A DNA stretch of 64,000 nucleotides from an uncultured Bacteroidales bacterium (GCA_963702415.1 CAVPCP010000014.1:131798-195797), one strand, 5' to 3'; positions 20,176 to 29,648 are shown, counted from the first letter of the stretch. The notes: a model not told the origin generated them from the letters alone. Program-made: numbers and translations.

Positions 20176-23100
20176 TTAAAAGTCGAGGCTGAAGGAAAGA
20201 TAAAATATCCTTGGCAGAATATAGCGGTTCTCAATTCCCCAGGCCCAGTCAGCCCTTATAAAGTAGCCAAGAAGCTGGGCGCGAAGTCCTGCTCCGACTC
20301 CTGCCACAATCGGTTCTCTGTTCGAGTCGAGGGTGACAGTGACAGGTCCGTTTTTATAAACTTCTGTATCATAGGCATTATCGCCCGACCAGGGACTTTG
20401 ACCTGTCCACGCGGTTCCAATATCGCCAAAACCTACCACCTGAAGACTGTTGAGGAAGTTGGATTTTAAAGGATGACCGGCAATGTACCTGACAAAAGGC
20501 CACCTTATTTCTGTGTTTATCAATGCAAAGCTGTTCCCGTTCCTGATATTTTGTGTAAACCCTCTCATATTCGTTGCAAGAGCCTGGAATCCATAGTTTT
20601 GTGTCGGGTCGACCGGTATCGAGTAGTTGAACATCGGGTAATTGTTAAAAATATATCCCATCCAGTTATCGACAGCACCCAGATAATAAACCAGTTTTGT
20701 GGGACCGAAGGATGTACTGGTTGCAAAGCGTGTGGCCCATATAAGTTCCCGGTGTATCTTGACGTACTTTCTGAAGTCACCTCCAAGAACAAACATATCT
20801 GATTGTTTCCCCGGAAACTGCCTGTAGTATTCTCCGAATATTTTAAAACGGGTACCATAATATATGTTGATACTGCGCTTACGGGTATTGTCATAAATAA
20901 TTTCGCCCTTAAGACCTGGCCAGTGTTTTGCGATTGCCGGGGCAACCAATGTTGACTGGTCAACCATACCAAGAGGTACGCTCCGGTCATATCTGTATGA
21001 GACTGTTCCTTTGACTGCAAGTATTGGCGTTATGGGTTTTGCAAACGAAAGATATATATTATGGGTATGGGTCTTATACAAAAAATCATTGTCGGTGCTG
21101 AAATAAGCCTGCCTGTGAAAAATAAACTGTTTGTCGAACTTACCTTTCAGGCTCTCGAAACTTAAAAGGTACTCATTACTGTCAAAGTCTCCTGCAAACC
21201 TGAATCCTGCAGTTATCCTGTAATCTTCAAAGAGATCAACTATCCCGAACCTTGTCAGTAAGTTTATTCCGGGGTTATAATATCCTGAACCTCCGTTAAA
21301 TACCTGGTAGGAATTATTCAGGAAGGTAAAATCTATCTGGTTGACTATATAATTATTATAAAAAGATGTTTCGTAGATCCTTATCAGCGGTATTTCTATA
21401 TGGCCGGTATCCAAATCGATATCCATATAATTCTTACGCCAAAGCTGCTCATAATAGTTCTGCTTCTCCTTTTCGAAAATATAATGATTGATATTGATAG
21501 GCTCATTTTCCTTTATATAATATTCGTAAAGTGGCTTTGTAAGGGTGTCTCTTCTTTTCTTATCTTCTGCTACAAGCCATTGCCTGATCTGCTCAACACT
21601 ATCCTCCTTGTGATAAAACTTGTCCTGCTCCTTTCTGAAATTTGTTTTGATAATCTCATTTGAGGGAACACTTCCTGCACCTGCTGATGCACCTTTTCTG
21701 ACGCTGAATTTTCCATCCTTGAACAGAACCTCACCAAAAAGGTCTGATCCGTTCAGGAGTGACTGGCTGAGGATATTTCTGTCGTAATTTGTTACCGGCT
21801 TTGATTTAATGAAATAGCGGTAGTGCAAAGTAGTATCTATAAAACTGATTGCACTGTCAAATACCGCGCTATACCTGTTAAGGACACCATTGTTGTCCCC
21901 TACATATGAAATGGTGTTGCCAGGTGTTTCAGCCGCCTGGTATCTGCTCGAATAATCTTCTTCCGACAACCTTATGAGAACATTGTTTTTCTTTTCGGTA
22001 TTATAAGTGAAAAGGTCAAATCTTGAAGAAAATTTTTCAAACGGATCACCGGTATTTGTCAGAGTATCAGATAATCTGTTTGAAGAAAATAATATTTCCC
22101 CGGGCTGGTTATTCAGGAATGAGGGATGAAGATCGTCTGGAACATCACGGGTAATCTGTTCATTCATTCCTGAGGCAACAGTATGGATATAGATATCGGT
22201 TATCCCGTCCTTTACGGCTGAAAGAACTATTCTTGATCCTTCGGGAGAATATGAAAAATCGAGCACTTTGTCAAAGTAGAGAAAATTCCGTTCTTCCGTT
22301 TTCTTCTCATCAGTCCTGTAGAAATAAATTACCATACCCTCCTTTTCTTCATTCAGATAGGTTAAAATCCTTCCGCTGGGGTGCCATGCAATTACAGGAT
22401 ATGTTTCATCAACAATATGCTCGTACTTTGGTTCAGCCCTGAAAATGATCTTTGTTTTGTCGGTCGACTGATCATAAAGCCAGATCCTTTTTCTTCCCCA
22501 GTCATTCGTTACGTAGGCAATATATCTTTTGTCGGGACTGACTTTAACCTGCTGAAAGATTTGCTCTTTACGGGATTTCTTCAGAATTTCTTCATTGTCA
22601 GCCGGAAGATCACGATCAGTGGAATACTCTTCTTCATAAAACTCCTTCCATTCCGTAAGAAGGTCCTGCAATTTGATTCCCAGCACATACTGGAACCCGT
22701 CATCAACATTCTTATATACTTTTGTCAGATATATAATATTGGAAATAATTGCATCGCCATATGTCTTCCCTATAAATCTCCAGAATGACTGGCCTGCATA
22801 AACAGCATCATCAGATTCCAGGTGATTGATATTTTTGTATTTCCCTGATTTTATGCCATCTTTTACCCTGTTTTCAACTTCGTAATCCCATCCGAATGCG
22901 ACATAGTTTATCAGACCTTTTAAATACCAGTCAGGCATGTGAATTATCGCTGAACTCGTTATGCGGTCCTTGAAATCTGCATTATAAAGCATTTCCTTTA
23001 TAATAGCCTCAGTTATCGAAGCCGAGATCTGTTTCTGGTATGCTAAATGATCCCCTTCATAAAAGAGCATCACCTTGTTCTTTATTATCCTGCTGAATCC

Positions 23101-23460
23101 ACCTGTGTTATATGTCTCTTCATCATATGTTACCAGGCCGATATTTGATTGTCTGTATTCATTGTTCTTGTTATAGATGATAAATATCATCCTTTTGTCG
23201 AGGTTGTAATCAAAGAAATCCTCTATTTCATCAATTCTTTTTAGGGCATAATCTGCAGTAAACTGTGAAATATCGCGTCCGAATTCATTAAAGTAACAAT
23301 CAAAATCTTCAAATCTGTAATATGACCAGTAATAGTCGTAATACTGCACCCTGTTCTTTCCGAATGTCATCTGATGGCCATTATAGAACTGACCCTCAGC
23401 ATTCAGGAATATTGTTGCTGTGGCTATGGTGAATAAAAGTCTGTAAGTATACTTCATCAT
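20176..23460 (-). CDS. Large outer-membrane protein: N-terminal domain + TolB-like beta-propeller + Omp85/surface-antigen-like beta-barrel
   Basis: 1094 aa with a signal peptide. WD40-like/PD40-type repeats (SPDKRYIAYVTND.., SPEGSRIVLSAVKDGITDIYI). The C-terminal ~330 aa are barrel-like and end ..YLSFSLDF (aromatic terminus). Confidence 0.7.
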   Translation of the reverse strand: MMKYTYRLLFTIATATIFLNAEGQFYNGHQMTFGKNRVQYYDYYWSYYRFEDFDCYFNEFGRDISQFTADYALKRIDEIEDFFDYNLDKRMIFIIYNKNNEYRQSNIGLVTYDEETYNTGGFSRIIKNKVMLFYEGDHLAYQKQISASITEAIIKEMLYNADFKDRITSSAIIHMPDWYLKGLINYVAFGWDYEVENRVKDGIKSGKYKNINHLESDDAVYAGQSFWRFIGKTYGDAIISNIIYLTKVYKNVDDGFQYVLGIKLQDLLTEWKEFYEEEYSTDRDLPADNEEILKKSRKEQIFQQVKVSPDKRYIAYVTNDWGRKRIWLYDQSTDKTKIIFRAEPKYEHIVDETYPVIAWHPSGRILTYLNEEKEGMVIYFYRTDEKKTEERNFLYFDKVLDFSYSPEGSRIVLSAVKDGITDIYIHTVASGMNEQITRDVPDDLHPSFLNNQPGEILFSSNRLSDTLTNTGDPFEKFSSRFDLFTYNTEKKNNVLIRLSEEDYSSRYQAAETPGNTISYVGDNNGVLNRYSAVFDSAISFIDTTLHYRYFIKSKPVTNYDRNILSQSLLNGSDLFGEVLFKDGKFSVRKGASAGAGSVPSNEIIKTNFRKEQDKFYHKEDSVEQIRQWLVAEDKKRRDTLTKPLYEYYIKENEPININHYIFEKEKQNYYEQLWRKNYMDIDLDTGHIEIPLIRIYETSFYNNYIVNQIDFTFLNNSYQVFNGGSGYYNPGINLLTRFGIVDLFEDYRITAGFRFAGDFDSNEYLLSFESLKGKFDKQFIFHRQAYFSTDNDFLYKTHTHNIYLSFAKPITPILAVKGTVSYRYDRSVPLGMVDQSTLVAPAIAKHWPGLKGEIIYDNTRKRSINIYYGTRFKIFGEYYRQFPGKQSDMFVLGGDFRKYVKIHRELIWATRFATSTSFGPTKLVYYLGAVDNWMGYIFNNYPMFNYSIPVDPTQNYGFQALATNMRGFTQNIRNGNSFALINTEIRWPFVRYIAGHPLKSNFLNSLQVVGFGDIGTAWTGQSPWSGDNAYDTEVYKNGPVTVTLDSNREPIVAGVGAGLRAQLLGYFIRADWAWGIENRYILPRIFYLSFSLDF

Positions 23461-23732
23461 CGAGATGGTTCCTTAACGGAATGGTTTTCTAACCTCAAAT
23501 TTTGTTCCAAATACTATAATGAATCAGCAAAACTAAGATATTCTTTAATAATAATTATTGCCGTACCAAACTTTATTATTTTTGCATAAGAATCAGGCAG
23601 GTTAGTTCTGGTCTGATATTTGTTTTGCAGAATAAGTCAAAATATCAAATAATCTTTTTATTTGGACGTTTTAATTTGTATAAAAAAAATGAGGCACAAA
23701 ATTCAGTAAGTACAAAAAAATATTTTATCAAA

Positions 23733-24824
23733 ATGAAAAGATACCTTTTAATTCTGGCAATTGCTATTAATGGCCTTTCAATATCGGCTCAGCCGGTAAT
23801 GAAAGTTTCAACCGGAGAACACGATTTTGGAAAATTCAAAGAAGAGGCAGGTAAGCAAAAATTTGATTTTCTTGTAACAAACAATGGAAATCAACCTCTT
23901 GTAATCCAAAATATTGTAGCCTCATGCGGGTGTACCCAACCAGAATGGACAAAAAGCCCGATTGCTCCTAAAGGGACCGGTAAAATAACAGCAATTTATG
24001 ACCCGGCAAACAGACCCGGTGCATTTAACAAGACACTTTCAGTATACACAAATGCAAAGCCTGAAGTTGTTGTACTGGTTATAAAAGGGGAAGTGATCGC
24101 GCATGAAAAAACAGTTGAAGAAATATTTATTTTCCCGGTAGGCCCGGTTCGTTTCGAAAGCAATCATCTTGCATTCACCAATGTTAAAAAGAATGAAAAG
24201 AAGATCAGGACAATGCAGGTAATAAACACTTCTGCTCAACCGGCAAAAATTGAATTTGACAATGTGCCTCCCCATCTTGCGATGAAGGCTAATCCAATGA
24301 CCTTAAAACCGGGTCAGAAAGGACTAATTGAAGGTACATACGATGCCACTAAAAATCAGGCATGGGGTTATACTACCGATATGGTAAAGTTAAAAATAAA
24401 CGGCACAGTCGATCAGAATGTCTATTATGCAGTAAGTGCCAACCTTGTTGAGGATTTCTCAGGCCTCTCTAAAGATGATGTTACAAACGCACCGGTATTT
24501 AATGTTGCCTCAACAACTTTTGAACTTGGAACAGTTCCTGGTGCAACAGCTAAAGAGGTTGAGTTTAAATTTACCAACGAAGGGAAAAGAGATCTCATAA
24601 TCAGGTATATAAAGGCCTCCTGCGGATGCACCGCAGTACAGCAGGGAATTCAGGGACAGGGAATCAAACCCGGGGAGTCCGGTTCGATCAAAGCAGTGTT
24701 TAATACAGGTGGGTATAAAGGAAAAGTGACAAAAGCAATTTATGTCTATACAAACGATCCAAAGAATTCTGAAGTTGTGCTGATGGTGAACGCTGATGTC
24801 GACCAGGAAATTGCCAAAAACTAA
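23733..24824 (+). CDS. DUF1573 domain-containing protein (two repeats)
   Basis: Signal peptide. Two copies of the DUF1573-type signature (FLVTNNGNQPLVIQNIVASCGCTQPEW and FKFTNEGKRDLIIRYIKASCGCTAV). Start is the ATG at 23733, not the TTG-extended ORF. Confidence 0.8.
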   Translation: MKRYLLILAIAINGLSISAQPVMKVSTGEHDFGKFKEEAGKQKFDFLVTNNGNQPLVIQNIVASCGCTQPEWTKSPIAPKGTGKITAIYDPANRPGAFNKTLSVYTNAKPEVVVLVIKGEVIAHEKTVEEIFIFPVGPVRFESNHLAFTNVKKNEKKIRTMQVINTSAQPAKIEFDNVPPHLAMKANPMTLKPGQKGLIEGTYDATKNQAWGYTTDMVKLKINGTVDQNVYYAVSANLVEDFSGLSKDDVTNAPVFNVASTTFELGTVPGATAKEVEFKFTNEGKRDLIIRYIKASCGCTAVQQGIQGQGIKPGESGSIKAVFNTGGYKGKVTKAIYVYTNDPKNSEVVLMVNADVDQEIAKN

Positions 24825-24855
24825 AATTAAGTAAGGATTTAAAAAACATTCAGTA

Positions 24856-24883
24856 AGGGTGTCAGATAATATTCTGGCACCCT
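24856..24883 (+). terminator. Intrinsic terminator hairpin after the DUF1573 gene
   Basis: AGGGTGTCAG-ataatatt-CTGGCACCCT (10-bp stem, one mismatch) followed by TTTTGTTATTTTT. Confidence 0.6.
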
Positions 24884-24914
24884 TTTGTTATTTTTGCAGG
24901 AGGATAAAACAATA

Positions 24915-26003
24915 ATGGAAGAAAAAGAAGGTAACAAAATCCCGCTGAAAATTCAGAAGGGGATCACTCATCCACCCAATATAAATCCGGTCGTAATGAC
25001 CGGATCCATCAGAAAGAAGCGAAAAAAATACTCTGTAGATGAATTTGTAAAAGGTATTTTATCGGGAAACAGGACCATTCTCAGCCAGTCAATAACAATG
25101 ATTGAGAGTTCCCTGTCTGAGCATTATGACACAGCCCAGGAAATAATAGAAAGATGCCTTCCATACAGTTCCGGCTCAGTAAGAATAGCTATTACTGGTG
25201 CTCCGGGAGCAGGTAAGAGTACATTTATTGAATCATTCGGACTGAATCTTGCCGATTCAGGGAAAAAAATTGCAGTGCTTGCCATCGATCCGAGCAGCAC
25301 AAATACAAGAGGAAGCATCCTTGGAGACAAGACAAGGATGGAAAGACTGGGTGTTCATCAGAATGCCTTCATAAGGCCCTCCCCGTCAGATGGAACACTT
25401 GGTGGAGTTGCCAGGAAGACAAGGGAATCGATAATACTTTGTGAAGCGGCAGGTTTTGATACCATACTGGTTGAGACTGTCGGAGTGGGTCAGTCAGAAA
25501 TTGCAGCCCGCTCGATGGTCGATTTTTTCCTGCTCCTTATGCTGGCAGGCTCCGGCGATGAGATTCAGGGCATAAAGAGAGGGATAATTGAAATGGCCGA
25601 CACAATAGTCATTACAAAAGCTGACGGGCAAAATAAGATAGCAGCTGAAAATGCCAGGATTACGTTCCAGAATGCTCTTAATCTTTTCCCGGCCACTCAT
25701 TCAGGATGGAAACCACTGGTGCTAACCTGTTCGGCTTATGAGGGTAAGGGTATCAGTGAAATCTGGAAGGTTATCGGGAATTATATTAATTACACCGGAA
25801 CGACAGGTTATTTTGAGGAACTGAGGAAGCAACAGGCAGTAATAAGAATGCATGATACCATTACAGATTATCTGAGAAGCTCCTTCTATAACCATGATAA
25901 AGTAAAAGCACTGCTTCCGGTTCTTGAAAAAGAACTATACAGCGGTACGGTTACTTCCTACAAAGCCGCTCTGAATCTGCTCAATAAATATTTCAATGAA
26001 TAA
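24915..26003 (+). CDS. meaB: Methylmalonyl-CoA mutase-associated GTPase MeaB (ArgK/LAO-AO transport ATPase family)
   Basis: GAPGAGKSTFIE P-loop, AIDPSSTNTRGSILGDKTRM, VETVGVGQSE and ITKADG motifs. Confidence 0.88.
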   Translation: MEEKEGNKIPLKIQKGITHPPNINPVVMTGSIRKKRKKYSVDEFVKGILSGNRTILSQSITMIESSLSEHYDTAQEIIERCLPYSSGSVRIAITGAPGAGKSTFIESFGLNLADSGKKIAVLAIDPSSTNTRGSILGDKTRMERLGVHQNAFIRPSPSDGTLGGVARKTRESIILCEAAGFDTILVETVGVGQSEIAARSMVDFFLLLMLAGSGDEIQGIKRGIIEMADTIVITKADGQNKIAAENARITFQNALNLFPATHSGWKPLVLTCSAYEGKGISEIWKVIGNYINYTGTTGYFEELRKQQAVIRMHDTITDYLRSSFYNHDKVKALLPVLEKELYSGTVTSYKAALNLLNKYFNE

Positions 26004-26069
26004 GCGGAATTAACAATAATTCATATCTTTGCGCGAATTCACCAGTATTATTAAGCAATTTATAAATCG

Positions 26070-27176
26070 ATGAAAATGAAAAACCTGTTCTATTGTGTTG
26101 TTATTGCAATCCTGGTTGCCGCTTGCTCCAGTGATCCTCATTATGTTATAAACGGTAAGATTGACGGAGCCGACAGTGTGACATTTCTTCTTCAGAAAAG
26201 AGCTGACGGGAAGATTGTTAATATTGATTCAGCGGTTGCCTTAAAAGGTTCTTTTAAAATGAAGGGTGGGTCAGTAAAATACCCTGAAATGGTACTTCTT
26301 GTTGCCAAAGATACACGGATGAGAACATCATTTTATCTTGAGAACTCTGAAATTACCATTACCGGTAAACTTGATTCACTTTATAATGCAACTATTACCG
26401 GTTCGAGGACCCAGGATGAATACACCGGATTTGTTAATTCAACTAAGCAGCTTGAAGAAAAATATTCACAGATGTATGAGGCATACCAGATGGCTGAACA
26501 GAGCGGAGATACAGCAAGAGTTTCGCAGCTTGAAAAGGATGCGGCTGTTATTGAGGCAGAGATGAAAACTTTGCAGAAGGATTTTGTAAAAAACAATCCA
26601 TCATCTTTTGCTGCTCCTTCAATTCTGGCGGGACTGAGCTATGAAATGGACGGATCTGAAATTGAAACCTATATCAATGCAATGGATACGGCAGTTGCCA
26701 ATACTGAAACCGCTAAAAGCCTGATGGAAAGAGCTGTAAAGATGAAAGCTGTTGCAGTCGGTCAGAAAGCCCCTGATTTTACATTGAATGATCCGGAAGG
26801 GAATCCGGTTTCGCTCTATTCGAAGGTCGGGTCAAAATTACTCCTTGTAGATTTCTGGGCTGCATGGTGCGGTCCCTGCCGCAGGGAGAATCCCAATGTC
26901 GTTAAAGTCTACAAGGAATTTAACAAAAAAGGATTCGATGTATTCGGCGTCTCGCTCGATCAGAAAAAAGACGACTGGGTAAGGGCAATATCTGATGATA
27001 AACTTACATGGACCCATGTCTCAGATCTCCAGTACTGGAATAGCGCAGCTGCAAAAACCTATGCAGTCAATGCTATTCCCGCCAACTTCCTTCTTGACGA
27101 AAATGGTATCATAATCGGAAGGAATCTGAGGGAAGAAGCGTTATATAATAAAGTAAAAGAAGTTCTGGGGGAATAG
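26070..27176 (+). CDS. TlpA/ResA-like thiol:disulfide oxidoreductase lipoprotein with N-terminal DUF4369-like domain
   Basis: Lipobox VAACS. C-terminal thioredoxin fold with the FWAAWCGPCRRENP active site. Confidence 0.85.
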   Translation: MKMKNLFYCVVIAILVAACSSDPHYVINGKIDGADSVTFLLQKRADGKIVNIDSAVALKGSFKMKGGSVKYPEMVLLVAKDTRMRTSFYLENSEITITGKLDSLYNATITGSRTQDEYTGFVNSTKQLEEKYSQMYEAYQMAEQSGDTARVSQLEKDAAVIEAEMKTLQKDFVKNNPSSFAAPSILAGLSYEMDGSEIETYINAMDTAVANTETAKSLMERAVKMKAVAVGQKAPDFTLNDPEGNPVSLYSKVGSKLLLVDFWAAWCGPCRRENPNVVKVYKEFNKKGFDVFGVSLDQKKDDWVRAISDDKLTWTHVSDLQYWNSAAAKTYAVNAIPANFLLDENGIIIGRNLREEALYNKVKEVLGE

Positions 27177-27200
27177 ACCTCTATTGACATCATATCACGT

Positions 27201-27307
27201 ACTCACCCCCTTGCCCCCTCTCTGATTCGCAAAGAGGGGGTATTGTATTTATATACAGGATATTACACCCCCTCTCTAAGAATTAGAGAGGGGGCAAGGG
27301 GGTGAGT
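27201..27307. repeat. GC-rich nested-palindrome intergenic element, copy B (perfect 23-bp terminal inverted repeats)
   Basis: ACTCACCCCCTTGCCCCCTCTCT at 27201-27223 is exactly reverse-complementary to 27285-27307. Each arm folds on itself (CCCCCTCT..AGAGGGGG and CCCCCTCTCT..AGAGAGGGGG). AT-rich 27-nt centre. Confidence 0.8.
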
Positions 27308-27321
27308 TCATGAGGTCCGCA

Positions 27322-27339
27322 AGGGTTGCATGCAACCCT
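27322..27339. repeat. Perfect 18-bp palindrome AGGGTTGCATGCAACCCT (likely terminator hairpin)
   Basis: Self-complementary. 9 nt from the response-regulator stop codon. Shares the 12-nt core GTTGCATGCAAC with 53870-53893. Confidence 0.7.
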
Positions 27340-27347
27340 CCTGCTAT

Positions 27348-28046
27348 TTATTCCCCTTCCCTGAATTCCTCTCCGGGTTTAACTTCTTCCAGTATAAACC
27401 CGGTTCCCCTTACTGTTCTTATATCGATGCTCTTATCATCTGAAATAAATTTCCTCAGCCTCGATATAAATACATCCATGCTCCTTCCAAGAAAATAATC
27501 ATCTTCTCCCCATATCTCGGTAAGAATATCTTCTCTGGCAAGGATCTTATTCTTGTTGATAATAAAATATCTCAGCAGCTGCGCTTCTTTAAGGGTAAGC
27601 TTCTCTTTTGTATTGACGCAAATCAGCTCCAGGCTGTTGAACTTCAGCAAAGTGTTTGATATTTTGTATTCGTCATTGGATGATGAATATGCCCTTTTCA
27701 GGATATTGCTGATACGGAGAATAAGAACCTCCGGATCGAATGGCTTTGTAATATAGTCATCTGCTCCGATCTTTAATCCTCTTACGATGTCTTCTTTAAG
27801 GCTTTTAGCGGTCAGGAAAATAATAGGCATTTCAGGTCTTGCCTCCTTTATTTTTTCACCAAGAGTGAACCCATCCATTTCAGGCATCATTACATCAAGC
27901 ACGCATAAATCGGGTTTCTCCTGGTTAAATAGTTCCCAGGCTTCCTTCCCGTCGCGTGCAAGCTTTACATCGAATCCGCTTATTGAAATATATTGCGACA
28001 GGATATTCCCGAAATCCCTGTCATCTTCAGCCAATAGAACTTTCAT
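27348..28046 (-). CDS. OmpR/PhoB-family response regulator
   Basis: Receiver domain (LLAEDD.., DLCVLDVMMPEMDG, KPF) + winged-helix trans_reg_C (..FISRLRKFI..IRTVRGTGFIL). Confidence 0.9.
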   Translation of the reverse strand: MKVLLAEDDRDFGNILSQYISISGFDVKLARDGKEAWELFNQEKPDLCVLDVMMPEMDGFTLGEKIKEARPEMPIIFLTAKSLKEDIVRGLKIGADDYITKPFDPEVLILRISNILKRAYSSSNDEYKISNTLLKFNSLELICVNTKEKLTLKEAQLLRYFIINKNKILAREDILTEIWGEDDYFLGRSMDVFISRLRKFISDDKSIDIRTVRGTGFILEEVKPGEEFREGE

Positions 28047-28062
28047 AATCTGTCAGATTAGA

Positions 28063-29499
28063 TTAATAGGGTATTGTTACCGTAAAGATACTACCTTTTC
28101 CCGGTTTACTGCTAACCGTCACGTCTCCTCCATGTGCTTCAGCGATTTTTTTTACATAATAAAGGCCAAGGCCAAGGCCCTTGTATTTATGTATATTGCC
28201 GGTAGATGCCCTGTAAAACTTGTCGAAAACATGTTTCTGGTCATTTTTGCTAATTCCAATACCGTTGTCACCAACTTTCATACTGACAGAATTGTTTTCA
28301 GTTAAACCTTCAATCTCGATAACCGGATCCTTGTCGGAATACTTGACTGCATTCGAAAGAAGATTGTTTATAAGAGTCGTAAAGTAAACAGTATCGAGTT
28401 CAACTTCTAGGTCCTTAAAATTATAAGTCTGAGTTATTGAAGCGCCGTTACCGCCCCCCGATTTAAAGCTTTCAACTATTTCATTCATAAAACTATCAAT
28501 TCTGACTTTCTTCTTGTCAAGCTGAAACTGTGTTCTTTCCCACATGCTTATTTCGAGGATCATGTTTATCAGCTGGTTTAGATGAACACTTTGCTTCCCT
28601 ATCAGTTTTGCCGTTTCGAGGATCTTTGTATCGTTTGACCTGATAAACGGGAGTTCAAGAGTCTTGCCTGCAACTGTAATTGTTGAAAGAGGCGTTTTCA
28701 GCTCATGGGTCATATTGTTTATGAAGTCAGTCTTCAGGTTTGACATCCGTTTTTCCTCCATCAGGTTTTTGTAAGTGATCAGGAAAAGTGTAACAACCAG
28801 AAGAATGCTGATGATACTTAATGAGAGGGAGGCGGCAGTTTCTCTGAGAACTATTTTCTGTTTATCCGAAAAATCTATATAGTACACAAAATCAAGCCTG
28901 TAGAAGTTGTCCTCTGCTCCGTAGATTTTTACCAGAATTTCAGAACTTCGTCTTAATTGCCCCGTACGTAATCGGGGAGGTCCGGATCCCATTTGCCTGT
29001 CAGTCTGTAGAGTATCAGTTCTCTGAGGTTGCTGACGATTGGCAAACTCCTCGTTAAGATAAACCGGAATTTTCTGGTCAAAATTAATAAGTTCGAACCG
29101 GTTGATTATGATCTTGCTCTTAAAATCCTTATCGAAACCGCGTCGTTCAAACCATCTCGACAGAAATTTTGAGAGATCCTCCTGGGTATTTAGTACATAA
29201 GTCACATATTCAAGGATATCCTGCTTTTTATCGGCAGTAAGCGAATCCTCTTTCAATTCGGCTAAATTCTTCAGAAGCAGCTCAGATTTCACATTGAGCA
29301 GAATACGTACTGTATCGAAACCATCGGTTGACCACTGTCTGTCCATTACAGCAAGCGCATCCTGTGATAATAACTTGTACCGGAGGTTAAACATTTCATC
29401 TTTCTGTTTCCAGACACCTCTTATTATAATAACCTGAGCAGTTATCAGGATTATTATCGAAAAGACACCAAGAAGAAAGATCGTATTTCTTTTTTTCAT
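28063..29499 (-). CDS. Sensor histidine kinase (two TM segments with a ~200-aa extracytoplasmic loop)
   Basis: H-box FINNMTHELKTPLSTI. N, G1 and G2 boxes (NLLSNAVKYS, VGDNGIGI, GLGLGL). Confidence 0.9.
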   Translation of the reverse strand: MKKRNTIFLLGVFSIIILITAQVIIIRGVWKQKDEMFNLRYKLLSQDALAVMDRQWSTDGFDTVRILLNVKSELLLKNLAELKEDSLTADKKQDILEYVTYVLNTQEDLSKFLSRWFERRGFDKDFKSKIIINRFELINFDQKIPVYLNEEFANRQQPQRTDTLQTDRQMGSGPPRLRTGQLRRSSEILVKIYGAEDNFYRLDFVYYIDFSDKQKIVLRETAASLSLSIISILLVVTLFLITYKNLMEEKRMSNLKTDFINNMTHELKTPLSTITVAGKTLELPFIRSNDTKILETAKLIGKQSVHLNQLINMILEISMWERTQFQLDKKKVRIDSFMNEIVESFKSGGGNGASITQTYNFKDLEVELDTVYFTTLINNLLSNAVKYSDKDPVIEIEGLTENNSVSMKVGDNGIGISKNDQKHVFDKFYRASTGNIHKYKGLGLGLYYVKKIAEAHGGDVTVSSKPGKGSIFTVTIPY

Positions 29500-29563
29500 A
29501 TTTTTCCTTTTGCCTTCTCAAAAATATCGAAATTATCAATATGTCAGCTTCCTGACTCAAACA

Positions 29564-29592
29564 TTAACCCTACGTTAACCCTGCATTAACAC
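29564..29592. promoter_or_regulatory. Three direct repeats TTAACCCTacg / TTAACCCTgca / TTAACAC with 11-bp phasing (candidate response-regulator boxes)
   Basis: Repeat starts at 29564, 29575 and 29586, in the divergent region between the kinase start (29499) and the 29649 gene. Confidence 0.45.
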
Positions 29593-29612
29593 TAATACAG
29601 AAAAGCAGGCAC

Positions 29613-29620
29613 TATCTTTG
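29613..29620 (+). promoter_or_regulatory. Candidate -7 box TATCTTTG for the 29649 gene
   Basis: Matches TAnnTTTG, 29 nt upstream of the ATG. The direct repeats occupy about -22 to -50 relative to it. Confidence 0.4.
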
Positions 29621-29648
29621 ACATAAGATTATTTAAAACAGGGTAGCC

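Noticed and set aside
27787-28305. 172-aa ORF antisense to the response-regulator and histidine-kinase genes. Similar long shadow ORFs lie at 34927..35373, 42860..43288, 42112..42507, 59936..60343, 20565..21020, 22381..22788, 46927..47319 and 41001..41354.
   Set aside because: All lie entirely inside well-supported conserved genes, either on the opposite strand or in another frame. They have low-complexity, Ser/Leu/Arg-rich or Cys-rich compositions and no recognisable motifs. They are typical shadow ORFs.
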